Shown: positions 19,454 through 28,484 of the stretch, piece after piece
Position numbering within the stretch: the first letter of the stretch is position 1
Layout: the number at the start of each line of letters is the position of its first letter
DNA from: an uncultured bacterium
GTDB taxonomy: Bacteria > Patescibacteriota > Minisyncoccia > Phycocordibacterales > UBA2100
Direction: 5' to 3'
NCBI GenBank assembly: GCA_903854215.1
Contig: CAINVT010000009.1
Coordinates: 191-64,190 of the forward strand
Length of the DNA stretch: 64,000 bases
Notes under the pieces: generated by a model
Database searches by the model: none
What the model was told of the DNA's origin: nothing
The model's input: only the letters and a program-made list of their open reading frames with translations
Position numbers and translations under genes: made by a program

Positions 19454-20734
19454 ATGAAGACAACGACTCAAGTCGCTCGGGATGTTGCCTTTACGGCCAA
19501 CACCCTCGGACGAGTAGCCTGCGATGCGCTCACTCTGCGAACTGGCTACCAGTTTTCGCGTAAACCTGGCAGATTTGCTTTTCTTGTTCATCCGAGAACT
19601 GCAAAACTTAGTCAAACAGGCGTGTATGGCGACAGTGATGTTTTCAAGGCAATTCCCGCCTTCAAATATCTCCGTCACATATTGCCAAAGCAATACGCAG
19701 AGCGTACTACGTTGCGGTTCTTAAGGAGACTACCACCGTCAACGATCGGGTATATATCTGCTCGGGGCGACGGGTATGACGTTTCTGGTCGTCTGCTCAC
19801 CACCCCCCGGCCGTTGGACATTCTGTTCAAGAATCCTGAAGAGACGCGCCCGCATCTCGAAGAGCTTTTCAGACTTGCAGCGTTGCAAGGAAATGATCGG
19901 GTGGGGCTTGGCGGACTTCTGCCTTCGCTCACCCGGGGTGGCAGACTGTTCGCCGGGATGGAACTAGCGTCGCGACCCGCAGTTTCAACCGGACACGCGT
20001 ACACGGCATATGTGATCTCCGAGTATCTGTTGCATCTTGTTTCTCACCGAAATAGAGATGGGGCAGCGCCGGAAGTGGCAGTTGTCGGCGCGGGCGGTTC
20101 AACTGGCAAGGCGATAGTGCGAACGTTTACTCGCGCATGGCCCAGCCGCGACATGTCTCCGATTAACCTGCTTCTCGTCGATACCAGGGAAGATCGGCTG
20201 ACTGAGATTGCTCAAGAAATCTCTGCCTGTCCAGCATTCAATCGTGTCAGGACGAGTGACAATCTCGCATCGATACGGAATTGCGAGTATGTGATCGTCG
20301 TAACTAATGCTCAAAATGCGATCATTAAGCCCGAGCACGTACGTCCGGGAATGGTGATCATTGATGACTCGCAACCTCGCAATACAGGTCCCGAGCTCGA
20401 AAAAGCCGGCTGCTTCGTGCTCGACGTGCTTGCTCGAATCAATGGTCTTGATTGTCGTTTCAACTTCGGCTTCAAAACTCTTGATCGAACGGTAACATTC
20501 ACGTGCTTGGCAGAGACAGTTCTCGCCGCTATTGCGGGATGTTCCGATGACCTCGCAGTCGGGGAAGTGACTTATGACGTGATCGAGCGGATGCTCGAGA
20601 TCGTCGAAGTCGGGAAACATCTCGGAGCGATCGGCGCGATGCCATTTTTCACCTTCGGGAGAGAGATGTCACCGAGCTTGAAAGAAAGACTGCATCAACC
20701 GGCAAAAGGTCGTGCGCTTGCCGCTGCAGAATAG
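19454..20734 (+). CDS. acyl-ACP reductase (AAR)-like NAD(P)-binding protein
   Basis: 426 aa. Three motifs line up with my recollection of cyanobacterial long-chain acyl-ACP reductase: STGHAYTAYVISEYL (cf. TGNTHTAYVICRQV); the Rossmann VAVVGAGGSTGKAIV (cf. VAVVGATGDIGSAV); and YVIVVTNAQNAIIKPEHVRPGMVIIDDSQPRN (cf. [33 protein letters not shown]). The Cys in LDCRFNFGF sits at the position of the AAR catalytic Cys (EHCFDID). Confidence 0.55.
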   Translation: MKTTTQVARDVAFTANTLGRVACDALTLRTGYQFSRKPGRFAFLVHPRTAKLSQTGVYGDSDVFKAIPAFKYLRHILPKQYAERTTLRFLRRLPPSTIGYISARGDGYDVSGRLLTTPRPLDILFKNPEETRPHLEELFRLAALQGNDRVGLGGLLPSLTRGGRLFAGMELASRPAVSTGHAYTAYVISEYLLHLVSHRNRDGAAPEVAVVGAGGSTGKAIVRTFTRAWPSRDMSPINLLLVDTREDRLTEIAQEISACPAFNRVRTSDNLASIRNCEYVIVVTNAQNAIIKPEHVRPGMVIIDDSQPRNTGPELEKAGCFVLDVLARINGLDCRFNFGFKTLDRTVTFTCLAETVLAAIAGCSDDLAVGEVTYDVIERMLEIVEVGKHLGAIGAMPFFTFGREMSPSLKERLHQPAKGRALAAAE

Positions 20735-20815
20735 TGCATATACACTGAGAGCCCCAAGACACCTTGGTGGCTCTCTTTCTTTTGTTACAATATAGAGCGT
20801 GTATACAAGTACGAC

Positions 20816-22417
20816 ATGTCTTTAAACTTCGACACAATCAATATCCTTGTCACCGTTGCGGGCGTGGCAAACCTCGCGTATGGCTTTCTCGTATGGGAGC
20901 GTGGAAAACACGAAAAAATGAATGAGGCGTTTTTCTTTTTTGCTTGTACCGTTACCCTTTGGGCAATCGGAATGTTCTTGTTTCGTGGTACTCTTACAGA
21001 AAGTTCAGCAGTCTTTGCTGCGCGTTTCTTGTACATAGTTGCAGCGCTTATTCCACTTGCTTTCGTTCATTTCGCATTCGTATTTGAAGCACCGTCATAT
21101 AAATACACATCATCAAGGGCAACATTAATCGCAATACCAGGTGCAATAGCTGTTGGCCTCGCAGCGATACCGAACATGCTTATCACCAGTGTTATTTTTG
21201 TACCGGGACATGAGCCGATCATCTTATTCAATCTTTTTTTCCACCTGCTGTATTTTTGCTATATTACCACGTATGCACTCGCCGTTTTAATACTGCTGTT
21301 GAAGCGATTTTCGCAGAGTTCAGGAGTTGTTCGCAACCGGATCGTGTACATTTTAATTGGTACATCTTTGCCGTGGACTGTCGGTATAACAACGAACATT
21401 ATTCTTCCCCTGTTCGGCATCTTTGCCTATAACTGGCTTGGACAAGTATCAACCTTCTTTTCTACGACGGTCATTTCCTACGGAATTTTTCGGTCGCGGC
21501 TCTTCAATGTTCGAGTCGTCACGACCGAGTTGCTCGTGCTTATTGTGACATTCATTTCATTCATACAGATACTTTTGAGCGCGAATGTCAAACAAACATT
21601 TTTGGAAGCGTGTGTCTTCATATTACTGCTCATTGCCGGTTACCTCCTCATTCGGAGTGTTTACCATGAAGCCGAACAACGTGAACTAATCGAACGTCAG
21701 GAAAAAAATCTTGAGGCAGTCAATCTTCAACAAGAAAGCCTCCTTCATTTCATGAGCCATGAGATCAAGGGGTATCTGACAAAAAGCGAGGCGGGGTTTG
21801 CCGCCATCGTACAAGGTGATTTTGACCCCGTCACACCGGAACTTGCGCGCATGGCGAATGATGCGCTTGTCGACATACGCAGGGGCGTTCGCACTGTCAT
21901 AGATATTTTGGACGCGTCGAATCTCAAGCGTGGAACCGTTTCCTTCAAGAAGAATGTGTTCGATCTCAAAGATGTGGTACAAGGCGTAGTCGATCACCTG
22001 AAACCCGCCGCAGACGAAAAACATCTGACCATCAACATGTCTCTCGCGTGGGAAGTGCCGTGCAAGGTTATCGGTGATGAAGAGAAGATTCGCAATCATG
22101 TCATTCGTAATCTTGTCGACAACGCGATCAAATACACACCCGCGGGCACTATTTCCGTGGAAGTCATCCGAGTCGACAAAATAGTGCGATTTAGCATACA
22201 AGATAGCGGCGTTGGCATCACCGATGAAGACAAAAAGAAGCTTTTCACCGAGGGTGGTCATGGCAAAGATTCGGTCAAGGTCAACGTGCATTCGACCGGC
22301 TATGGTCTCTACATCGCGAAGACTATTGTCGAAGCCCAAGGCGGCAAGATTTGGGCCGAGTCCGAAGGGGCAGGGAAGGGGTCGAGATTCGTGGTCGAAT
22401 TGCCTGCTGTTACATAA
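20816..22417 (+). CDS. sensor histidine kinase with an N-terminal polytopic (about 8 TM) sensor domain; no adjacent response regulator
   Basis: H-box SHEIKGYL, N-box VIRNLVDNAIKYT, G1 IQDSGVGI, G2 GYGLYIAKTIVEAQGG. Confidence 0.85.
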   Translation: MSLNFDTINILVTVAGVANLAYGFLVWERGKHEKMNEAFFFFACTVTLWAIGMFLFRGTLTESSAVFAARFLYIVAALIPLAFVHFAFVFEAPSYKYTSSRATLIAIPGAIAVGLAAIPNMLITSVIFVPGHEPIILFNLFFHLLYFCYITTYALAVLILLLKRFSQSSGVVRNRIVYILIGTSLPWTVGITTNIILPLFGIFAYNWLGQVSTFFSTTVISYGIFRSRLFNVRVVTTELLVLIVTFISFIQILLSANVKQTFLEACVFILLLIAGYLLIRSVYHEAEQRELIERQEKNLEAVNLQQESLLHFMSHEIKGYLTKSEAGFAAIVQGDFDPVTPELARMANDALVDIRRGVRTVIDILDASNLKRGTVSFKKNVFDLKDVVQGVVDHLKPAADEKHLTINMSLAWEVPCKVIGDEEKIRNHVIRNLVDNAIKYTPAGTISVEVIRVDKIVRFSIQDSGVGITDEDKKKLFTEGGHGKDSVKVNVHSTGYGLYIAKTIVEAQGGKIWAESEGAGKGSRFVVELPAVT

Positions 22418-22483
22418 AAGTCTCTTTCTAAAGCAAATAGACAGTTTTTATAAACGAGCATATTACGCTCATAATAGCTTTGT

Positions 22484-23944
22484 ATGTCGCGATTAGTCGT
22501 CTTTTGCGGGGGGATGGGAAGTGGAAAATCCACCTGCGCTGAGATCTTGGGAAACCATTTATCGGGAAAAAAAATTCGAGTGAAATACCTTAATGCATAT
22601 AAAGATCTTTACGAACCATTCGCGAGAAAGCAAGGTTTGGAGATACCTACGGACGTAACTCGCGAGAAGAGTAGTGACCTCGTACAGCAACTCTATAAAC
22701 GCTTTGGCAAGGAAATTGGAAGTGAACTTGTTATCGATCTCATGCGCAACAGTCACGACGAGGACATCTATATACTTGACAGTAAAAGGAATCCTGCCGG
22801 TATCACATTTCTTAAAAAAGAGCTCCACGAGCAATGTGTGGTCATTGGTGTTTATGCAAATGAGCAAATTCGCGCGAATCGCCTCATGCGTAGGCAACGC
22901 CCAGATGATGAGTTTCGGAACAGAGACGTAATCACTAATGCCATGCTCAAAGAGGAAACGCTGTATGCTCTCAGTGAATCGCTTAAGCTTGCGGATCACA
23001 CCATTGCGAACATATATGATTCGATTCAAGAACTTGAAGAGGCGATGGCGCCGATCATTGTCCTCCTTTGTGATCAGGAGTATGATCTTGTCAGATATGT
23101 GAGGGCACTTTGGGCGAAATTGATGGCTGTATATTTTCCCACAGAGTCAGTAGATTCAAAAAACAATATGAATACGCTTTTAAAGCTCGCAGTGCAAAAA
23201 GTAGAGCTTGCGAGATTCTATGATAAATATTGCATCAACATACTATCAAACGTAGATATTTCCACTCTGGAGCAGTCCAACAACGAGTTTGAGGTTAAGT
23301 TTCGGTGCACAAACAAGAACAAGGATATTCTATGCTCCTATCTTGAACGTATAGGCATATCAAAACTCCCCGATCACGTGCTTGAAGACGATATTGTTAT
23401 TGACACGGAAGATGGAAAATTGAAGCGGCTGGGTGTTTTGGTAAGATTTCGCAATTCGAATCAAGAACCGTGTCCACTGCTCACTTTAAAGTTTAAACAA
23501 TCGGGAGACAGGACGACCAAGCACGACATCGAATTACAAAAGAATTTGACGAGAGCAAACATGTTTTTCTCCGAACTGGTGAACGACTTCTTCCAGGCGC
23601 TCAACTTAGAAAAAATTGATTTAGAATCCGTTTCGACCCTTCAAAATGGCGATGCCATTCAAAATTTTTTCAGCAATACGGTTTATAATCGCGTGAGAAT
23701 GCGTATCCAGAAACGAAGGAGCTCAATATCGCTATCGAACCACATTCAGGTATGCATTGATGAGCTACCTCATGATATCGGCACGTTTATTGAACTGGAG
23801 TCGGATTCCAAACTACAGCTCGAAAAGTTTATTGATAAAGTTGGTCTTGGTTATGATGTTGCGATAACCGACGACTATGGCAAGCTGGTAATCTCCTTTA
23901 ATGAACAGCACGGACGGACACCTTCTCGCGTAGCGATCTTTTAA
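22484..23944 (+). CDS. P-loop NTPase/kinase domain fused to a C-terminal CYTH (triphosphate tunnel metalloenzyme) domain
   Basis: Walker A VVFCGGMGSGKST at the N-terminus. The C-terminal FEVKFRC...LKRLGVLVRFR...LTLKFKQSG...KHDIELQ...RVRMRIQKRR...GTFIELE matches the CYTH ExExK/R-x-R/ExE pattern. Confidence 0.55.
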   Translation: MSRLVVFCGGMGSGKSTCAEILGNHLSGKKIRVKYLNAYKDLYEPFARKQGLEIPTDVTREKSSDLVQQLYKRFGKEIGSELVIDLMRNSHDEDIYILDSKRNPAGITFLKKELHEQCVVIGVYANEQIRANRLMRRQRPDDEFRNRDVITNAMLKEETLYALSESLKLADHTIANIYDSIQELEEAMAPIIVLLCDQEYDLVRYVRALWAKLMAVYFPTESVDSKNNMNTLLKLAVQKVELARFYDKYCINILSNVDISTLEQSNNEFEVKFRCTNKNKDILCSYLERIGISKLPDHVLEDDIVIDTEDGKLKRLGVLVRFRNSNQEPCPLLTLKFKQSGDRTTKHDIELQKNLTRANMFFSELVNDFFQALNLEKIDLESVSTLQNGDAIQNFFSNTVYNRVRMRIQKRRSSISLSNHIQVCIDELPHDIGTFIELESDSKLQLEKFIDKVGLGYDVAITDDYGKLVISFNEQHGRTPSRVAIF

Positions 23945-23950
23945 CCGAAC

Positions 23951-24939
23951 ATGAAGACAACCGTCACATCTCCCGCGCGGTTACATCTTGGTCTGATAGA
24001 TTGCGGTAACGCCACCCACCGTCTTTTTGGAGGTTTGGGCATATCGGTTGCGGGTCTACACGTACGGCTTGTCGCACAATCGTCAGATAAATGGAACTTT
24101 ACCTTGCGGGCGGACGCGAAGATGAACGGCTTGAACATGAAGTACGATTACTCTTCGAAAGACTACAAAAAATTGGCGCAGCCCCGTGTGATGTTGTCGT
24201 AGTGGACATGCCTCAACAACATTGCGGTCTCGGTTCCAAGACGAGCGTGTTGCTAAGTACAGCTGTCGCGATCGCTGACTTTTCAAATCTTCAACTTGAA
24301 CCCGCACAGCTTATCGCACTCTCGGGCCGCGGAGGTACCTCGGGCATTGGAATTAATACTTTTTTTCTTGGCGGAGTGATTGCCGATTCCGGCCATAGCG
24401 AACCAAAGCACTCTCGGAACTTTGCACCATCTTCGCGACGGATGGGACCAGCATCCTTACCAAAGGTTGTTGCACGAGTCGAAGTACCGGACAATATGCG
24501 CGTTCTCCTTTTTATCGATACTTTCTCGTCGAAAATACGTATTCAAGGCAACGAGGAAATGCGAATATTCGCAGAAACTATGCCTCTCAAAGAAATAGAG
24601 AACCTTCGATCACTCGCCGCCGTGTATCACGGCGTGATACCAGCGTTGCAGGAGGGTGATATGAATATGCTGTTCCAGTCCATCCGTGATCTCAACAGTT
24701 GTGGAATGAAGCAGATTGAAGTAAATCTACAGTCGAATATTACTCAAACTTTTATCCGCGATGTCTGGAGCAATTCGATACCGTGCGGTGTTTCAAGCTT
24801 TGGTCCAATTGTCTTCTGTATAGTTAACGCGAATTCTGACGCTATTACAGTGGCAATGAGGCTGGCACATGTCCATAACCTCACTTGTATGGGCCTCTTT
24901 GCATTCGACAATACTGGTGCAATCAGCGAGCGCTCATGA
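23951..24939 (+). pseudogene. GHMP-kinase superfamily, beta-RFAP-synthase-like gene interrupted by a frameshift near 24105-24130
   Basis: The N-terminal 83-aa ORF (23951..24202, frame 2) carries PARLHLGLID...GGLGISVAG. The 282-aa ORF (24091..24939, frame 1) carries the ATP-binding motif QHCGLGSKTSVLLSTAVAIAD. Both halves are needed for one GHMP-fold protein. Junction sequence: GCGGGCGGACGCGAAGATGAACGG. Confidence 0.5.
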
Positions 24940-24940
24940 T

Positions 24941-25822
24941 ATGGAACGGCTTTCTTTTTTGATTGACGATAGTGATCTTAGGCGCGCGCTCGAAACACTT
25001 GATATTGTCCTTGATTTAAAAAATATTCATAGAACACAACGAGGTTCAGTGATTATTGGAATGCGCGGTTCAGAGAAAGTCGCTGTCAAAATCGCTTCAA
25101 AAGATATATGCGATACGGAATTCGGAATCGTTCCAGCACGTAGTGTGGGACTTCAGAACGAAATTTGTGCACTCCTCAATCTCAAGGACAGCGGTCCGTT
25201 TCCCGAAATGATTGCCTGTATGGTCTCGCCCAAATTCAATATCTGCGTTATGAGATACATAAACGGAATGAGTGGCTTTGGAATTCCCGCCAATCAACGC
25301 CTCTCCGCCGTGCAGGGTCTATTCGTAGCTGTACGACGCCTTCATGAGCTTGGCTACACGCACGGAGATATCCAACCCAACAACATCATCTTTACTGATG
25401 GTCAGAGACCTGCTGTTACTCTGATCGATTTCGAGCTAATTTCACGCATTGATTCATCAGCCCCGCAATATCCCGGAAAGAGAGAGTATCTGTCTCCTGA
25501 AAGTGCGAACGAGGTATTAGGCATAGGATACGTCTCGCGGCACCTGTCACAAGATCTTTATGCGCTTGCTTTATCGTCGCTGACAATTCTTGCAGATAAA
25601 GAGCAAGTGACATACCACGGGCACGATCTTTCCGATGAGCAGAAACTTGGACAAATAGCCGCGCGAAACGTTCGAATTAACACTCCTTCGGGATATTCAG
25701 AACCAGTCTTTGCTCAAGCGCTGGAGAGGCTGATTCTCGATCCAAAATGGTTTGCGCTACGTACTGTAGATGATCTTGCTAAAGTAACTGATCTCCACTT
25801 CGAGAACTTCAATGTGCGCTGA
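24941..25822 (+). CDS. protein-kinase-like (ePK/APH/Kdo-kinase fold) phosphotransferase
   Basis: ATG at 24941, 2 nt after the preceding stop. Catalytic-loop-like YTHGDIQPNNIIF (HGD-x-x-P-x-N) and DFG-like TLIDFE. Lys candidate in VAVKIASKD. Confidence 0.55.
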   Translation: MERLSFLIDDSDLRRALETLDIVLDLKNIHRTQRGSVIIGMRGSEKVAVKIASKDICDTEFGIVPARSVGLQNEICALLNLKDSGPFPEMIACMVSPKFNICVMRYINGMSGFGIPANQRLSAVQGLFVAVRRLHELGYTHGDIQPNNIIFTDGQRPAVTLIDFELISRIDSSAPQYPGKREYLSPESANEVLGIGYVSRHLSQDLYALALSSLTILADKEQVTYHGHDLSDEQKLGQIAARNVRINTPSGYSEPVFAQALERLILDPKWFALRTVDDLAKVTDLHFENFNVR

Positions 25823-25914
25823 ATTCTCAATATTCTAAAAAGAGTACACATTCCCAGATTAAATGGTATAGTATTAAGGGGTATGCTCCTAGTACCCTTT
25901 GGGAGAAACGACTC

Positions 25915-26097
25915 ATGACTGTTTATGACCCTGTTGCAGCGCGGAAAGCCACCGAGAGACGCTTTCCTGTCACCTTTATCCGTGCTGCCGATGGCTGCCC
26001 AGTCGGGGCAGCAAAAGCGGACGATCTTGAAGCCGCGCTTGCAATCTTGTTCGAAAACGGCAACACTCGCGTTGACATCTCGTTTCCTGAGAAGTGA
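25915..26097 (+). CDS. small hypothetical protein (60 aa)
   Basis: RBS-like GGGAGAAACG upstream and a strong terminator hairpin downstream. No recognisable motif. Confidence 0.35.
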   Translation: MTVYDPVAARKATERRFPVTFIRAADGCPVGAAKADDLEAALAILFENGNTRVDISFPEK

Positions 26098-26108
26098 CGC
26101 TACGTCCG

Positions 26109-26145
26109 TGGCCGCCGTCTGATCGGCGGCCATATTTCATGTAAT
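26109..26145 (+). terminator. terminator-like hairpin upstream of trpS
   Basis: TGGCCGCCG-tctgat-CGGCGGCCA (9-bp perfect stem) followed by TATTTCATGTAATTTATT. Confidence 0.45.
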
Positions 26146-26191
26146 TTATTACACGGCTTAAAAAATTACTAGTTTCTGGTATTATAGGCTT

Positions 26192-27127
26192 ATGCAAAAA
26201 CTATTCAGCGGAATAAAGCCAACGGGCACCTTGCACCTGGGGAATTACTTCGGCGCGATGCGGCAATTCGTCGAATTGGCGCCACGCTACGACTGTATGT
26301 TCATGGTCGCCGATTATCATTCAATCAATTCCCAGCGAGACCCAGGCGAGCTTCGCAGCGGTATTATCGACATTGCCGCGGCATTCGTCGCGATCGGGAT
26401 CAATCCGGCACAATCGATCATTTTCAAGCAATCTGACGTGCCGGAGCACACTGAACTCACCTGGGTCTTCAACAACCTCGTCTCGGTATCATTTCTCATG
26501 CAGGCGCATGCGTACAAGGACGCAGTCGCCAACGGCAAAGAGGCCAACATGGGTCTGTTCGATTACCCGATGCTGATGGCATCCGATATCTTGCTCTACA
26601 ACACCGACATCGTTCCGGTCGGCAAAGATCAGCAGCAGCACGTCGAGTACGCGCGCGAGGCTGCGGCAAAGTTCAACAACGCATACGGCGAGACGTTCAA
26701 AGAGCCCAAGGAACACATCCTGGAAGCGGTCGCAGTCGTTCCCGGCACCGACGGCCGCAAGATGAGCAAGAGCTATGGCAATACGATTCCGCTCTTCGGC
26801 ACCAAGGACGAAATCGTGAAGGCAGTCATGTCCATCGTCACAGATTCCAATGCCGAAAGTCCGGAGAATGTTTATGCGATCCACTCGCTCTTCCGCGACA
26901 AGAATGAACTCGCCATCATATATACGGAAAACAAGGGCAAGTATAAGGCGCTCAAAGAAGCGTTGATTGAGGATATCGAGGCATTTGTCGCACCGATGCG
27001 CGAGGTGCGCGACGCGATCACCGATGGAGATGTGAAGAACATCCTGAAAGATGGCGGTGAGCGCGCCCGCGCCATCGCGTCGAAAAAGATGGAAGACGTA
27101 CGGCAAAAAATCGGCATTACCATATAA
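26192..27127 (+). CDS. trpS: tryptophan-tRNA ligase
   Basis: 311 aa with the class I motifs GIKPTGTLHLGNY (HIGH-like) and KMSKS, and TrpRS-length architecture. Confidence 0.93.
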   Translation: MQKLFSGIKPTGTLHLGNYFGAMRQFVELAPRYDCMFMVADYHSINSQRDPGELRSGIIDIAAAFVAIGINPAQSIIFKQSDVPEHTELTWVFNNLVSVSFLMQAHAYKDAVANGKEANMGLFDYPMLMASDILLYNTDIVPVGKDQQQHVEYAREAAAKFNNAYGETFKEPKEHILEAVAVVPGTDGRKMSKSYGNTIPLFGTKDEIVKAVMSIVTDSNAESPENVYAIHSLFRDKNELAIIYTENKGKYKALKEALIEDIEAFVAPMREVRDAITDGDVKNILKDGGERARAIASKKMEDVRQKIGITI

Positions 27128-27152
27128 GGGTTTACGAAACCCATAATTTCTT

Positions 27153-28481
27153 ATGGAACGAACATACATCAAAGATTTGAGTCAAAAAGTGGGAGAGTCG
27201 GCCTTGATCAAAGGTTGGGTATCGGTGCGACGCGACCAAGGCAAGATGATCTTTTTCGATTTTCGTGACATGACCGGCACGGTGCAGGGTGTCGTCTTAC
27301 CGAATAGTCCGGCAATGGAGACGGCAAAAGAATCACGGACCGAGTACGTCGTTGCAGTCGTTGGCACCGTCAACAAGCGCCCGGAAAAGAACATCCAATC
27401 TGATAAATTGAATGGAGATATCGAATTGCAGATCGAGAAGATAGAGATATTGAGTGCCGCTCAAGCACTACCGTTTGAACTTGATGCGGATCTTAATATC
27501 GATACATTGTTTGATTATCGTCCACTAACTTTGCGTCGCGAACGCGATCGAGCTGTATTTCGTGTTCAAGCAGAGATCGTACGCGCATATCGAGAATTCC
27601 TAAACAGCGAAGGATTCACGGAATTTCAAGCCCCCAAACTCGTCGGCGATGATGCCGAAGGCGGCGGCAATGTATTTAAGGTCGAATATCTCAAAGAAAA
27701 GAACGCCTATCTAGCTACGAGCCCGCAGCTTTATAAGCAGATCTTAGTGGGTGTTTTTGAGCGCGTATTTGCGGTTGGTAACGTCTTCCGTGCAGAAAAA
27801 CACGCAACGACGCGCCACTTGAATGAATACACCTCGATGGATATCGAGATGGGATTCATCAAGGATCACACCGATATTATGCGGATGGAAAATCGTCTCA
27901 TGAAGCACATCGTCGAACATCTGAAACGCACATCTGCGGCTGATTTTGCATTTATGAACGCCGAACTGCCGGTCGTTCCTGATGAAATTCCGCATATGAA
28001 GTTACGAGAGGCGCAGGTGTTGATTTCCCAAGCGACTGGTGTTGATTGCACCAATGAGCCTGACCTCGAGCCCGAACACGAACGCTGGCTTTGCAATTAC
28101 TCTAAAGAAAAATTTGGGAGTGATTTTATTTTTATTTCGCATTATCCTGTATCGAAACGTCCGTTTTACACGATGGAAGATTTTGAGGATCCGGGTTTTA
28201 CTAAGAGCTTCGACCTCTTGTTCCGCGGCGTTGAGATAACGACCGGTGGTCAGCGCGTGAATGAGTACCAGATGATGACCGACAAAATGCGCTCAAAAGG
28301 TCTTGATCCCGACAATTTTTCGTTCTATCTTCAAGCGTTCAAATATGGTTTACCTCCGCACGGCGGGTGGGGCATGGGACTCGAGCGATTGACACAGAAA
28401 ATGCTTGGACTTGATAGTGCAAAGGAAGCGGCTGTATTTCCGCGTGATATCAATCGCATCGATACGCGGCTCACCGAATAA
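27153..28481 (+). CDS. aspS: aspartate-tRNA ligase, archaeal/eukaryotic-type short form
   Basis: 442 aa with an N-terminal OB-fold anticodon domain. Class II motifs include FRAEKHATTRHLNEYTSMDIEMGF (AspRS-like LDMEM, rather than the AsnRS pattern), QLYKQ and GLERL. Confidence 0.8.
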   Translation: MERTYIKDLSQKVGESALIKGWVSVRRDQGKMIFFDFRDMTGTVQGVVLPNSPAMETAKESRTEYVVAVVGTVNKRPEKNIQSDKLNGDIELQIEKIEILSAAQALPFELDADLNIDTLFDYRPLTLRRERDRAVFRVQAEIVRAYREFLNSEGFTEFQAPKLVGDDAEGGGNVFKVEYLKEKNAYLATSPQLYKQILVGVFERVFAVGNVFRAEKHATTRHLNEYTSMDIEMGFIKDHTDIMRMENRLMKHIVEHLKRTSAADFAFMNAELPVVPDEIPHMKLREAQVLISQATGVDCTNEPDLEPEHERWLCNYSKEKFGSDFIFISHYPVSKRPFYTMEDFEDPGFTKSFDLLFRGVEITTGGQRVNEYQMMTDKMRSKGLDPDNFSFYLQAFKYGLPPHGGWGMGLERLTQKMLGLDSAKEAAVFPRDINRIDTRLTE

Positions 28482-28484
28482 TAC

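Noticed and set aside
25823-26191. T-box or trp-attenuator leader upstream of trpS
   Set aside because: There is no T-box consensus (AATTAGGGTGGNACCGCG-like) and the small upstream ORF has no Trp codons. Only a generic terminator hairpin is present.
27128-27152. Small hairpin GGGTTT-acgaa-AACCC between trpS and aspS, considered as a terminator
   Set aside because: Only a 6-bp stem with no real T-tract in a 25-nt spacer. The genes are most likely co-transcribed.
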